Positions 34,881 to 47,351 of a stretch of DNA of 64,000 nucleotides are shown here, in pieces. The stretch is taken from contig NC_085843.1 of assembly GCF_035594765.1 (NCBI RefSeq), positions 57,582,201 through 57,646,200 on the forward strand, read 5' to 3'. How positions within the stretch are numbered: the stretch's first letter is position 1; each line of letters begins with the position of its first letter. Made by a program: the position numbers and the translations under genes. Below the pieces are notes generated by a model. That model was not told the origin of the DNA. It did no database searches and worked only from the letters and a program-made list of their open reading frames with translations. Source of the DNA: Anolis carolinensis (lineage: Eukaryota).

Positions 34881-37800
34881 GAAATGTAATCTAGCAATGT
34901 GCTAGAAATGAAAGAGCCAACAAAGCCACAAATATAAATATCCTACACTTTCGTACTCTTTGAAAAACAACAAGAACAACAAAATACCAATGAAAGAGCA
35001 GATCCATGAAAACACTGGAAAGAGCAAAGAGAACAAGCCAGTCCTCTGAAAATCCTGCTTTATGACTAACCTAAATGTTATTGAACAGTGCTAAATTATT
35101 ATGAGACAAATACTTGTTTATCTTCCAACCTTTTCCCCAATGTGAGACCCAAAGTGTCCTTAAGTATAAACTACCCAAAAAAGCCAAACCAGTGCACATT
35201 TTTAAAATGAATTAAAGGAGCAATTAAATTTAAAGCATCAAGTAAATTAATTTTAAAGCATTTGAAGTGTAATACAAAAGATAAAAGTACAACATACTCT
35301 ATTAAAAGACCTTTCTGCTACAGTTAGTTACTTTGGCTACAAGCTATAAATAATGAATAGAAGTGACATTTTAACTGTTTTGCTTTTCCTACAGAGCACC
35401 CTGAATGAATAGAGACTGCCAAATCTCTCATGTACTTCTATGATGAATTATGCAGATGATTTCAATGCCAGAACACTCTTAAGGTGCTATTGTTTGCATT
35501 GACATAAATAGAGTATTAATTAGAGTATTAATTCCAAAGTGGCAAATCTATTTTTTTTACCCCTTAATCACATGGGTTCTGCATTTTGTGGACAATAGCT
35601 TGCATGCTTGCTAAGCACAACTTTGGCTTGGTTTATTCTCATTACTGTCTGTACTGAACTTGGTGGTAGGTTACCTGGGTAAAGCTCAATTATGTTTTGC
35701 AAAATCCACTCCCAATATTAGGCCTATTCATACTATCACAGAAATACCCTGCAAATGCTGCAAAGACAGCTAAAGGAACAATGCTGTAACGGAAAGCCTT
35801 ATTTTATTGTTCATTTTTGCCTATGTTATTTAATGTTGATTTAGAGACAAAAGTGGGCAGAAGTTAGCTACTGATGATTGGCCATGTGTCACCATGGTAA
35901 CATAGCTGCTTCGGTAGAAATGTAACAATTCTAAGCTAGTGAAAGGGGCGGAGCTAGCTGGAGGAAAAAAGGAGGAGAGGATGTTTTAGAAAGAAGGGAG
36001 TTATGTTGAGGTTTCTGGTGAGGGAAACTTAAAAAAAAGATGTGTGTGTCTGAGGTTCAGTTATGGTAGTCTCTAGCTGGGTGAGCTAGAGGGAAAAGGA
36101 TCCAGGTTTAAATTTGGGACTTCAGTTGGAATACTGAAGGAAAAAGTGACTATTATTGAGTCAGATCTGGGTTTTCTAGTGAGGTAGAACTGAAAAGAAA
36201 AGGAATATGGTAGAGACAAAGTTTCAGTCAAGTTGTTAATGTTGAAGAATGAAAAGTATGGTTTATATTGTATATAAGTGAAATTGAAGAAGTAAACTAT
36301 TGCAACCAGTTATGATTTTTGGACTAATTTAACCATAAATAAATAATTCTCTGTTTTAAATAAAGAAAGTGCTTCTGAGTGGTAAATTGCTTAACTTAGT
36401 ATCAGTAGAAGATTTGTCTCAAATATTGCCCCTCAGTGACTCATCATATTGTACATGCACACGTACAGACTCAAGGGTTTATAACTGGCAGTGGCTGGGA
36501 TCCTGAAAGAAGGATTGCCCCCTGCCTGTTTATGAAGTGGACCCTTGCAAATGCCAACACAGTGGTCAAGATCTACAAAAGTGGTGTCACTATCATGACA
36601 AGTGGAAAAGTGGGGAAAGATAGGAAATTCCCTTCTCCAATTTTACTTTCCTCCTCCAACAGATCAGATATGCATAGTTCTAACAATAGCAATGCTATGG
36701 GTAATATACTAATGGATCATGCTACAGACTGCCAGTTAAAGATAACAACCAGGGTCACCATACTACACTATTAACAGAAACAGTTGTTTGTTCCCAAATT
36801 ATATTTACATGCAAATATGAGAATTCACATTTACGGGAAAAATGTTGGCAACCCCAAAGCTACTCAATATTCACTCCAAGGGCAGAAAACTATTGGAAAT
36901 ATTTTGGAATGAGGTCAAATAGACTGCACACTGAGTAGGGATTAGCTGGTGTAAAATATTCCTCCTATGTGTGTGAAACAGTTTAGGATCCAGTGCAGTG
37001 TATATTAAAATTGAATCCAAAAACAGTTGTACAAATTGACTGAAATCAGGGAACAAGTAGTAATATAGCACTATTAAACCAATTCGACCATGATTTTAGT
37101 TGGGTCTGAAGAGCTGTTTGTCTAGAGTGACTTTAGGACAGAATTGGGGGCTTATTGTGTTGTTTCTCTCACCATTAGGAGTAGACAGCTTGAAAAAGAG
37201 AAGCTAGTGTATTTGATATACCTCTATTCTTAGTCCTATTTGGAAATTACAAAAACCAAAGGAAGAAGTGTGAGAGGAAAAGGAGGACAGTAGCCCTGTT
37301 CCTCCTTGTGCTTTTCTATTGCTCCCATCACATGCTGGAATTAGAAGAATAATCAAAGACCGTTGGCAAACATGTTTTTTGACTAGAAGAATTGTAGCCT
37401 TAAGAGATTCTTCACAACTTAGTTCTTATTCTGTTGTTGTTTTTTGGGGGGAAACAGCACTTCTGCATGTGAAACATTGCTTTCTTTGCAGGAAACATTC
37501 CTATGAGAAGAAAGGCTAGCTTCTAAAAAAGGAAAGCTTAAACTATGCATGGGGACCCTCTATGTGACTAAGAAAGCTGTATTCTAAATTGTGTGGCATG
37601 CCTGAGGAAAGTAGCAGAGCAAAAAAGCAAATCAGGGAGGCCAGCTGCGATACTGTGCAATATCACCTCTCATGTATGTACTCCCGAGTCTGAACAACAT
37701 AGTCTATCTAGAACTGCAACTCCATTGTCTGTCACCATTGGTTATGTTGGCTAGTTCAGATGGATTGTTAAATTTTGTTGTCACATCTATGGACTTCCTG

Positions 37801-39090
37801 AGTGCTGAGAAAATGTGCTCTAAGTTGGTATTTATTTTAGTCTGTAAACTCTGTTCTTTCAACCTATGGATAAATAAGCCCCACACTGAATACTTCGTGA
37901 ACTCTGTGGTATGATTTCAGAGATCCATTCCTTAGAGAACATCATGACATTTTTTCTCTGACCTTATCTTCTGTTCCTAGGTTATACAACCATGGGGTAT
38001 TTTTGGGGCTGGCTGAGCAAACACAGGGTATAATTGGTTATTTCTTAATATCAGACAAAGAAGTGGTTTGTATCATAAGCACACAGGAAAAAAAAGATCA
38101 CAAGGATAAAGAAAAGTTTCCCCCCCTTTAAATTAGTCTAAGCCATATTAGGAAAATTAATTATAGGAATCATATGAACAAAGAATACTGACAACACAGT
38201 GTGATGAATCTGAAACAAAGCACTTTGTGAAATAAATCAGACTTATGTCTCATGCAGTATAAAGCAGAATGTTATACTTGCCCTCTAAAAGAAAAGAAAA
38301 AACCTTAGCCAGCACCCTTCCTTTCTTCTCAATAGTCTAGCTGGTGCTGATACTGTTAATTTGAAATAAACTTCACTATTCTAACCTAAGCAAGAACTTC
38401 TTTAAATAATTGCAAGATGATAGGAATCTCTCCCCCCTCCCCCGCCAATTCAAAGGATTTTAACTTCTTTCCAAATATCATCCATGGAGAAACAAGACCA
38501 ACAAGCATATCATAATCTCAAAAAATGGCATGAGGAGAATTCATGGGAAATCATCCAAAGAGACAAGGTATTTCACTGCTAAATATCTACCAAGTATTTG
38601 AGGGTGAGTGAAAACATAATTAGGCAGTGACACTGGCCAGTACATGGAGTGGTGACACTCATGTTAATAGTAGCTCTAATATAGGGCCATATGAGTGAAA
38701 GGAAATGTGCCAGTGTATAACATTTTTAGATTTTTTTTCAAGTTCCTAACTCAGGTCCTCACTGTCACCCCAAGGATTATAGATAGATGACACACACTGC
38801 AAAACTCTATAGTTGCTTTGAATTTGATAGATATTAAAGCCACTAAAATCACTTTTAACATCTGACATAATGTAATTGAATATTAAAACCTTTTTCTAGC
38901 TCCACAAAGGCAGGAAACTAAAACATATGTGCATTCTGACCATTAATGATGTTGCACAGTGCTTGAAATATGATGTACAGATGACATTTACAAATGGACG
39001 TATTAGGACATCTGATCAACTTGAAAAGAAATTATGACTAATGTGGTTATTTTCCCACTTTGTGTGTTTTATTTTTCTATTTTTGCTGTA

Positions 39091-39092
<2 letters not shown>

Positions 39093-39127
<35 letters not shown>
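39093..39127. repeat. (CA)n microsatellite
   Basis: Directly visible. Confidence 0.95.
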
Positions 39128-39128
<1 letters not shown>

Positions 39129-39238
39129 CTAATGATGTTGTACATTGTTGTAAACTGAGCTTAGTTACAATCTATTCCCCATGTACCCATACTTTTCTTT
39201 GGCGATTCTGATCCAAATCTAGTTGGGAAGCTATAGTG

Positions 39239-39356
39239 CAGGCATGGGCAAACTTTGGCCCTCCAAGTGTTTTGGACTTCAAACCCCACAATTCCTAACA
39301 GCTGTTAGGCCGTCAAGAATTGTGGGAGTTGGAGGGCTGAAGTTTGTCCATGCTTG
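39239..39356. mobile_element. hAT-type MITE
   Basis: TIRs caggcatgggcaaactt ... aagtttgtccatgcttg; 8-bp TSD ctatagtg/ctacagtg. Confidence 0.85.
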
Positions 39357-40129
39357 CTACAGTGATTCTAAAAGTCATGTTTGTGTTCCCTAATTAAACA
39401 GTCATTGCCAATAGAAAGCAATAGTGTTCCTCTGAAAATAGCAACTTTCTAGCTTTTTAGTGTTGTACAAATTAACTTCTTTAGAAATATCTGCCTTAAG
39501 ACTTTAATCGCAGTTTTTAAAAAACATAGCACCTAGAATTAACCAAGCTAATTAAAGACATGCTTGTTCAACAAGTCTGAACAAAGTCCATCAGTACTAT
39601 AGAATCTAAGTCTACTTTTGAAAGAAAAGAATTACACTCATTCTGAAAACTGGAGTAAAAAGAGTAAATATGTCAGTTTTCTGGAGTTTTTAGCTTGTTC
39701 TTCTGAGGCATTTTCCTCCTCCCCTGATCAGTCCGATCTTTGATTCCTTTGAAGAATTAATCTGGTGTTATATTTCAAGTTATCATTACAACAGATGCCA
39801 TTTACTATGAGCAATATAATTTGAGGTTCTTAATGGTGCAGCCCTTTTGTTGCAACCTTAATGAAAGGGGAACACTTTTATTCTGAATCTTCTTCAGAAT
39901 TGTTGTCCTTAAGATCTTGATAATATTTCAACTGGTGGCAAGTTGGTATCTTTCTGAAAAACTGCTTCCTAATAAAAACCACTTGCTGTAGATTCCATAA
40001 TGCACACAGATTTTGTTTTCACTGAGTAAGTCTGTGGCTTTCTTTAGATATTGTAGATAATTTTCACTTTGTTCAGCCTGAGAGAGTGAGACCTAACTAT
40101 TCACTCTTCATAATAATCCAATGGGTCAA

Positions 40130-41252
40130 TCCCCCCCACCCCCTTTTGTAACTTAATCTAGGGCCCCTGACTTAGCTCCCCACAGGGCCCCTTCCCTTCT
40201 CGGCGGGGCAGGCAGGGGGCGGAACCATGCCTTCAGGTTGCTGGGAGTGGTAGCACTGCTTGCCTGACCTCGTTGCACTTTCACCTTCATGTTCTAGGCT
40301 TCTGGGGCAGCCTTGGTGTTTCAGTGTCACTGGCCAGTATATGGAGCAGCTGGGCTTCTCCCCCCCCCCCCCGGGCAGCTGGGGGGATGGCAGCTTTGGG
40401 CCCTTTGTTCCACCATATCCTCATGCCCATGTCCCCACTCATGGTAGCAGTGGTGCTGATGACAGGGCTCGGCTTTGTGCCTTGTGCCAGCTGTGATGCT
40501 GCAGGGGCTCCAGTCTTAGCCAATTGCTGCCTGGCACTGCCCAGCACCTCAGGGGAGTGGTGGCTGGATGTCAGGTGCACCTCACTTCCCTCTCCCCTGC
40601 TTTGATGCTGCTTACAGTGGGGAGTCGTGGGGTGTTTCCAGGCACTGGCTGAACCGCATAGTGTGCCCTGGCACTTGGCCTATCCCCTGGCTGTGCCCTG
40701 CACAGCATCTGTGTTGCTGGCCAGGGGGCAGTGGCAAGATGGGTGCCCCGGACTTATTGGTGGCCCTGCAGTGGCCATTTTGGTGTTGTCCCTGTTGGCG
40801 GCTGTTTTCTTGCCCCTGTGTGTGGGTGGCCAGTTTGCTTGGCTCTGCCTGAGGGTGGCCATTTCAGTAGATCTATGTGGGGCAGTCATTTTGTTTGGCT
40901 CCTCATGGGGGTGGCCATTTTGGTGTGGTTCCACTTGGGGAGCTGATTGGTTCTGTTACTTCTCATTGGTGGCCCAATGAGGCCCATACAAAACAAAGGT
41001 GTGTGTGTGTGTGTGTGTGTGTTTATAATACTGGCATTGCATAAATAACAAGCATAAATAACAAGAATAATAGTATTATAGGATTAATGATTATATGGAT
41101 AATTGCTGGCTTAAATTCACACCAGTTTTAGGCCTCTTTAGTTACATGTTGCAAGTCACACAAAGTTAATTCAGGTAACATTTAACTAAAGTTGCCCATA
41201 GTTCAATCTGCACTGTTGTCTGGTCTCTTATTTCGGTGGTAGGGTGGCAACA
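40130..41252 (+). mobile_element. Non-coding DIRS/Ngaro-related derivative (leader joined directly to the 3' terminus)
   Basis: A GC-rich block with gtggccattttg motifs, then (GT)n and an AT-rich stretch. The terminus aaagttaattcaggtaac...taaagttgccc...ttgtctggtctcttatttcggtggtagggtggcaac aligns with 20655-20748. The left boundary is approximate. Confidence 0.65.
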
Positions 41253-41299
41253 CAGATTTCAAGAAAGTTAGTAAAAGAAGTAAGAATTGAAAGATTGGG

Positions 41300-43560
41300 A
41301 AGAAAAGGAGCTAGATTGTGTAGGGTTGAACATTAAAGCAAGAAGCCTGCACTGAATCCTAGAAAGAATGAGTAACTAATGAGGAGATATCAAATGTGTG
41401 GTGACATGACCAAGGCAATAAACTAAAAAGATAATACTGGCATCACAATGTTTAATGGAAACCAGTGGATTAAAGTGAGATAATGGAGGAACTTAGAAAG
41501 AAGATAATAGATGGTCTGGTTTTGATAATACTATAAAGAAAATAATCAACATGCCTTTGCTACAGCCTCAGTGTGAAAAACAAAAGACAAAAAGTAAAAA
41601 AAAAATAACTGTCCTTACTTCACAGGATAAATGGGAACCATGATGGAAAATGTGTATTATAAAAATAGGCTTTGAGGGAAAAGAAGTAGTTCCAACTTTG
41701 TCATGTTAAGTTTTAGGTGACAATGAAGCATCCATCTGAAATAACTGAAAGACATGCTATAATGATGGTTGCGGTCAGCAGAGAATTCTAGAGTAGATAG
41801 GTACATTTGAATATCATCAGCATAAATATGATATTCAAAACCATACAAACTGATAAGATTTCCTAAATATAATACAAGAGAAAATAACAAAGGTTGCAGA
41901 ACAGAATCCAAACAAAAGAGGAGCAGAAGAAGATTCATGACATCTAGCTACCACATTAAATGACCAATCTGAGAGATAAGATGTTAACCAGCTGAGTACT
42001 GAATTAGTAAACCCTAAGTTATTATTGAACCCAACAGCAGCAGCAGCAGCGGTGGCAACAACAACAGTAGCAACAGCAACCACAAAGAATGGGAAAGGTA
42101 ATAGTGAAACAGGGCAGTAAGAAGAAACAGAAGATGTATCAAGCGAAGACTTCCTAAGAACTGGAAAAAACAGTAAAATGTTTCAACTCAGAAGGAAACA
42201 AGGCAGTAGAAAGAGAAAGATAAATTAATATAGAGAACAGAAGGGAAAATGGAAGGGACAACAATAATTCAGAAGTGAAAAGGAACAGGCTCAAGAGAGC
42301 AGGTAGTAGAATTCAAAGGTATCAATATTTTGGATAGTTCATCTAACAAGATGGGGTAGAAGTAGACATAGAAGAAACAAACATTTGATATGTTGGTAAT
42401 GAGGAATATTCAGGAGTAGAAAGATGAGAACAGACCATTTCAATTTCAGTATTAAAGAGAATTGCAAAAACATCAGCAGGTAATCATAGTGGGAAAGGTG
42501 GAAAAAAGGGTTTAAAAGAGAATCAAGGGTAGAAAAGAGACTCTTTGGGTACCATGCATTAGTCAATGAAGTATATTATTTCTGTATTGTCGAAGGCTTT
42601 CATGGCCAGAATCACTGGAATGTTGTGTGGTTTACAGGCTGTATGGCTGTGTTCTAGCAAAGAACTAGAACACGGCCATACAGCCTGGAAACCACACAAT
42701 ACTGCTATGTTATTTCTGTTTGGAAAAAAAGAAAGCATAAGAGAAAGAAGAAAGAATGAAATTTAGAAAAAAATGAATTTATAATGAATGTACCCCTACC
42801 CATTCCCTAATCTTCCTCCAGAACCACTGAACTGTGTGAGGGCAAGGATGGAGATACCAAATAAAAAGAGTAAGCCAATACTGAGATTTGATAGAGGGAA
42901 TGTACATGTTGACAAAGGGGCAAAACTATTAAGAGTTGAGTAAATAAACAGTTGAGTCCAAGAATTGAAGGGGCCAATGTCTGTAAAAACAGTTTGTCTC
43001 TGTCTGTAAACACAGAGACAAAGGCTTGGAGCCTGCATTTGGCTCTGTCTTTGTTAAGGCATTGAATGTTTGCCTTAAATGTGTAATGTGATCCGCCCTG
43101 AGTCCCCTTCAGGTGAGAAGGGCAGAATATAAATACTGTAAATAAATAAATAAATGAAAAGGCCTTAGAATTGCCAAATTAAGTTTTTGAAAGAAGTTAG
43201 CAATGGAATACCAAGAAGGTGGATTATGAGCAAACACAAAAGAAACAAGATGATCAGACGAAGGAAACTCAGTAACTGAAAAGCAAGAGATAAAACAATT
43301 CTTAATAAGAATAAGAGCAAGACAATGGCCAAGGGAATGTCTAGGTAAATCAGAACAAAGCTTGAATCCAAAAGAAGACAATAAAGGGGAAAAAATGTAA
43401 TATAGCAGGATCTTTAGAAACATCTACATGAGTATTAAAATAATCCATAATAAGTGTGAGAATTTGAGAGAAAGAAAGTCAGCCAAGAATCAAAATAAGA
43501 AATAAAACTTGAAAATGGACCCGATTGATGGTAAATCCACTGGTGCAGAGAGGAAAAGTC
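41300..43560 (-). pseudogene. Old L2-clade LINE ORF2 relic with nested insertions
   Basis: Minus-strand YHIYADDIQMYLS, LKLNMTKLEL and LSWLTSYLSD (RT), and GHCLALIL..SDHLV (APE) remnants. Confidence 0.7.
42586..42710. mobile_element. Penelope-like pseudo-LTR fragment in inverted (hairpin) arrangement
   Basis: A 35-bp stem, 42623-42657/42665-42699 (ttgtgtggtttacaggctgtatggctgtgttctag / ctagaacacggccatacagcctggaaaccacacaa), preceded by ttgtcgaaggctttcatggcc. The family assignment is from recall. Confidence 0.6.
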
Positions 43561-43632
43561 TCACAGCATGTGCCCCAAATGTTGAAAAATTGTGTTTGTA
43601 AAAAAACAAAAAAAACGAAATTGGCTTGAAGA

Positions 43633-43960
43633 GGAGCCCCCGATGGTGCAGCAGATTAAACCGCTGAGCTGCTGAACTTGATGACCGAAAGGTTGCCAGT
43701 TCAAATCTGGGGAGCGGAGTGAGCTCCTGCTAAAAGCCCCAGCTTCTGCCAACCTAGCAGTTCAAAAACATGAAAATTTGAGTAGATCCATAGGTAAAGC
43801 TTCTGCGGGAAGGTAAAGGTGCTCCATGCAGTCATGCTAGCCACATAACCTAGGAGGTGTCTATCGACAACACTGGCTCTTCGGCTTAGAAATGGAGATG
43901 AGCACCAACCCCCAGAATCAGACATGACTAGGTTTAATGTCAGTGAAACCTTTACCTTTA
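43633..43960 (+). mobile_element. Sauria SINE, full length
   Basis: Head ggagcccccgatggtgcag...gttcaaatc, body ctgccaacctagcagttc, and tail (ACCTTT)n. Confidence 0.85.
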
Positions 43961-44569
43961 AATAATAGAAGAACCACTCCATACCACCCCTATCCTCATA
44001 GTGGCTTGCATGAGAAAAAGAGAGTCCTCCAATGGAGAGGGCAGCTGAAATAGCAGTAGCATAGGAAGAAAGTCAAGTTTCAGTGAAAAGGTCCAGAGAG
44101 AAATAAATGATAAACAGTGATAAACAGTAGTAATTTAAGGAGAAACTGAGCAACCATTCTGTAAGGATCCATAAAGGGGAAGCTGGGAAGAAGGAAGATC
44201 TCAGATTACTACTGGGCTGCTCCCAGACTGTGGAACTCCTTCTGAAGAGAAACCAGAATAGCACCATCCCTGTTGGGCTTCTTCAAGCAGGTCATGATCT
44301 TCTTCTGCCAACAGGCATTTGGGGAAGGGTTTTGGGAGGCAGGCTTTTGTGAGGTTGGATGGGATTGTGTGTGTGTGTGGGGGGGGGGGGTAATAAGTTT
44401 CAAATGCAATTTTAATGTATTTATTGTATTTTAATTCTGTTTTTACCACACTGTTACTATTTAATTGTTGTTGTTTTTTTAACTTTTGTATTGCAATTTT
44501 AAAACTTGTCTAGTGTGGATTGTTAGTCACCTTGTGTGCCCACAGTGAGAAAGGTGGGGGTATGAACAT

Positions 44570-44572
<3 letters not shown>

Positions 44573-44625
<53 letters not shown>
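44573..44625. repeat. (TAA)n microsatellite (retroposon tail)
   Basis: Directly visible. Confidence 0.9.
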
Positions 44626-45606
44626 GAAGAATCAGGAGATAAAACAAATAGAAAGAAGAAACTAGATTTCCAACTGCAAGGTAGGTATGTGTGTCATGGC
44701 ATTTGTGAGCTATGTCATGGGGGGAGGAGGAGGAGGTCCCTGTTAAAGGCCATGCCCAGCAGCACGAAAACATGTTTAGCATGACTGGGCAGTGGAGACA
44801 CTCTGCCATCTCAGAGGTGGTTTAGGGAGTTTCTATCGAGCTGCTAAGCAGGTTCAATCTGAGCATTTTGGATGCCAGATCAAGCCCATGGAAATGGTCA
44901 GTCTATAGAGTACTTCCTGTATTTTCCATTTAGAAGATGCTGGGACAGTTCTGGTCTGGTTTTATAACCCCAGTGACCCGGTATTACACAGGTGGTTATG
45001 GGAAGATAGTACCTGGGTCTGAGTCTGTCAAAAGGAAGTTGGAAACCGCAGGCCACAGGAGAGATAAATCTCTGCAGAGGCAGCAACAGCAGAAGTTGGG
45101 TGACACAACTTGCCTTGTATATACCAGAAAGCATTTTCATCCCTCACAGGAAGGAAGAAAGTGGTTACCTGGACACTTTTGGATCTAAATTCACTTCCAG
45201 TTTTGAAACAGAAATAAATTTATTGATCAGTTTTTCAGATGATCTACACTAGAAGGAGTGTATTAGCTCTTGTTCTGCACAAGCATTTATCCGCCTCCAG
45301 CAAAAAAAAACAATTATGACATCTTTTGGTAGTATTTGCTTTGTTGAAGTGCCTCCAGTCCCATTTGGCTGAGTGTCTCAGCCACTCCCTTGGCTACTGG
45401 ACTCTCTCTGCTATTTAGTATCTATATGAAGCTGATGAGAGGTACTACCCACAATTTGGGAATAGAGAACCATAGCTATTCTTATGATACCATGCCTTAC
45501 TTCCAATTTTCAACTGACAAAGGGACTGTGGAAGTCATAAACACATATGTACACAATAAGAGACTGGAAGTGACTGACCAAATCAGAGAAGTCAGCTATA
45601 GCAGAA

Positions 45607-45908
45607 TGTCAGAACCCTGCTACTAGAGCCTGTATGTGGCTCTGAGTTTCAGGGTCACTGACATTGATAAGACACCTGCGTCTCAGGACTCGGAGAAGAA
45701 ACGGCTGCTGGACTTGGCGGGGAATTTGCGCGGGGTTTTACTGAGCGGGAAGAGACTTTTCAAATGAGGGGGAGGGTATATAAAGGATGGTTGGCCGGAG
45801 TCTCCCATTCTTGGCTTTTCTGATGTTTATGTTTCCTGCAGTAAAGCTTCTGGTGATATCACAGAGAGTCTCGTGTGTTCATTCAGGAGCGGCTGTGGTG
45901 AGCTGACA
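45607..45908 (+). repeat. 5' LTR
   Basis: TG...CA ends, TATATAAA at 45777-45784 and an AGTAAA poly(A)-like signal at 45840-45846. Confidence 0.95.
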
Positions 45909-45910
45909 TT

Positions 45911-45931
45911 AAGCCAAGAATGGGAGACTCC
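45911..45931 (+). promoter_or_regulatory. Self-priming primer-binding site (PBS)
   Basis: aagccaagaatgggagactcc is the exact reverse complement of LTR positions 45797-45817. It is not a TGG-starting tRNA PBS. Confidence 0.85.
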
Positions 45932-47305
45932 AGGGGAAACAACATACTCGCTGACGCTCTCTCTCGGATGCCTCAGCACGGGGGAGGAATTCAGGAATCT
46001 GAGGGGAGCCTTTTCCTAGATAAGCAATGGGGCCTGGCAGTACTGACTCGAGCACAAGCAGCCAAAGAAAACAAACGTACTGCCATTTCCACGGGGGGAG
46101 GAGAAATATGGGAGGAAGAGTTGAAGCGAGCATATGGAATGGACAAATGGTTACAAACGAACAAAGAACAGGGAGAACTGTGTGGGGATTTGGTGTTTGT
46201 TAATAAGAAATTGTATATTCCTGAATGTTTAAGACAAGAAATGTTAAGGAAATGCCATGATAACAAGGGTGCAGGTCATCTAGGCCCCACCAGGACTATT
46301 AAACTGTTGGCCAAACAATGCTGGTGGCCCGGAATGAGGAAAGACGCCAGGGGGTACGTCACGCAGTGTGAATTATGTGCAGAGGGCAAGACACCACCTG
46401 GGAAGCCCCAGGGGCTATTGCAAAAGGTGGTGGAGCCCATGAGGCCATGGGAATGCGTGGCAATGGATTTTGTAGGCGAACTACCCCCCAGCAGAGGCCA
46501 CAGATACATTTGGACAATATTGGACGTATTCTCAAAACAGGCACACTTTGTGGCCCTGCCAAAACTCCCCTCGGCTGAAAAGCTCGCTGATTTGTATGTG
46601 AAGCATGTATATCGCCTACATGGGTGCCCCGACAAAATAATTAGCGACCGGGGAGTCCAATTCACTGCAAAATTTTGGGGAAAATTCTTACAGCTGTTAG
46701 GAGCGGAAAGGAATCTGAGCTCGGCTTTTCATCCCGCGACCAACGGGGGGGTCGAACGTACCCAACAGACACTGTGCCAATTCTTGAGGATGTACACCAA
46801 TTATAGACAGGACGATTGGGCGGACCTTCTTCCGTTTGCTGAGATGGCTTTTAACGGGGCCGTACATTCGGCCACAGGTCGTGCCCCATTCGAAATAGTA
46901 TACGGACAGGAGGTGGCACCTTTCCCCAGGCTACCCGAGTGGAAGGAAGGAGAGGGCCAGACCGACAAGGAATGGCCGGCCAAAATTAAGCAAGGGTGGC
47001 AGACCGTGGTGGAGGCATTGAGGGAAACACAAAAGAAGTACAAGCTCTTTGCAGATCGTAGGCACCGAGAGGGGGACAAATTGGGCGAAGGAGATCTGGT
47101 TTGGCTGAGCACAAAAAACCTGAAATTGGGGTTCCCATCTAAGAAATTGGCTCCACGCTATATAGGGCCGTTCAGGGTAGCGAAAAGAATAAACGAAGTG
47201 ACCTATGAGCTGAGGCTACCCAAGGACCTAGGAAAGGTACACCCGGTATTCCATTGCAGCCTGTTAAAAAAGTATAAAGGAACTCTGGACAGCGGAGAAC
47301 AATAG
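45920..47305 (+). CDS. Uninterrupted Gypsy-type integrase ORF (461 aa) with a few RNase H C-terminal residues
   Basis: NILADALSR (RNase H end), HHCC zinc domain (CHD..GHLG..WWP..CELC), DDE core (MDFV, ISDRG, GGVER), GPY/F motif (RYIGPF) and HPVFH. No chromodomain. Confidence 0.92.
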   Translation: MGDSRGNNILADALSRMPQHGGGIQESEGSLFLDKQWGLAVLTRAQAAKENKRTAISTGGGEIWEEELKRAYGMDKWLQTNKEQGELCGDLVFVNKKLYIPECLRQEMLRKCHDNKGAGHLGPTRTIKLLAKQCWWPGMRKDARGYVTQCELCAEGKTPPGKPQGLLQKVVEPMRPWECVAMDFVGELPPSRGHRYIWTILDVFSKQAHFVALPKLPSAEKLADLYVKHVYRLHGCPDKIISDRGVQFTAKFWGKFLQLLGAERNLSSAFHPATNGGVERTQQTLCQFLRMYTNYRQDDWADLLPFAEMAFNGAVHSATGRAPFEIVYGQEVAPFPRLPEWKEGEGQTDKEWPAKIKQGWQTVVEALRETQKKYKLFADRRHREGDKLGEGDLVWLSTKNLKLGFPSKKLAPRYIGPFRVAKRINEVTYELRLPKDLGKVHPVFHCSLLKKYKGTLDSGEQ

Positions 47306-47351
47306 TTGTGTTTAATCTTTTCCTTCCAGGACGAAGGGGAGGAGGACGCCA

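Noticed and set aside
35785-36780. Possible additional solo LTR starting TGTAAC
   Set aside because: I could not identify a matching CA end with a TSD.
47230-47345. Chromodomain after the integrase
   Set aside because: The ORF stops shortly after HPVFH..LLKKY and no chromodomain residues follow.
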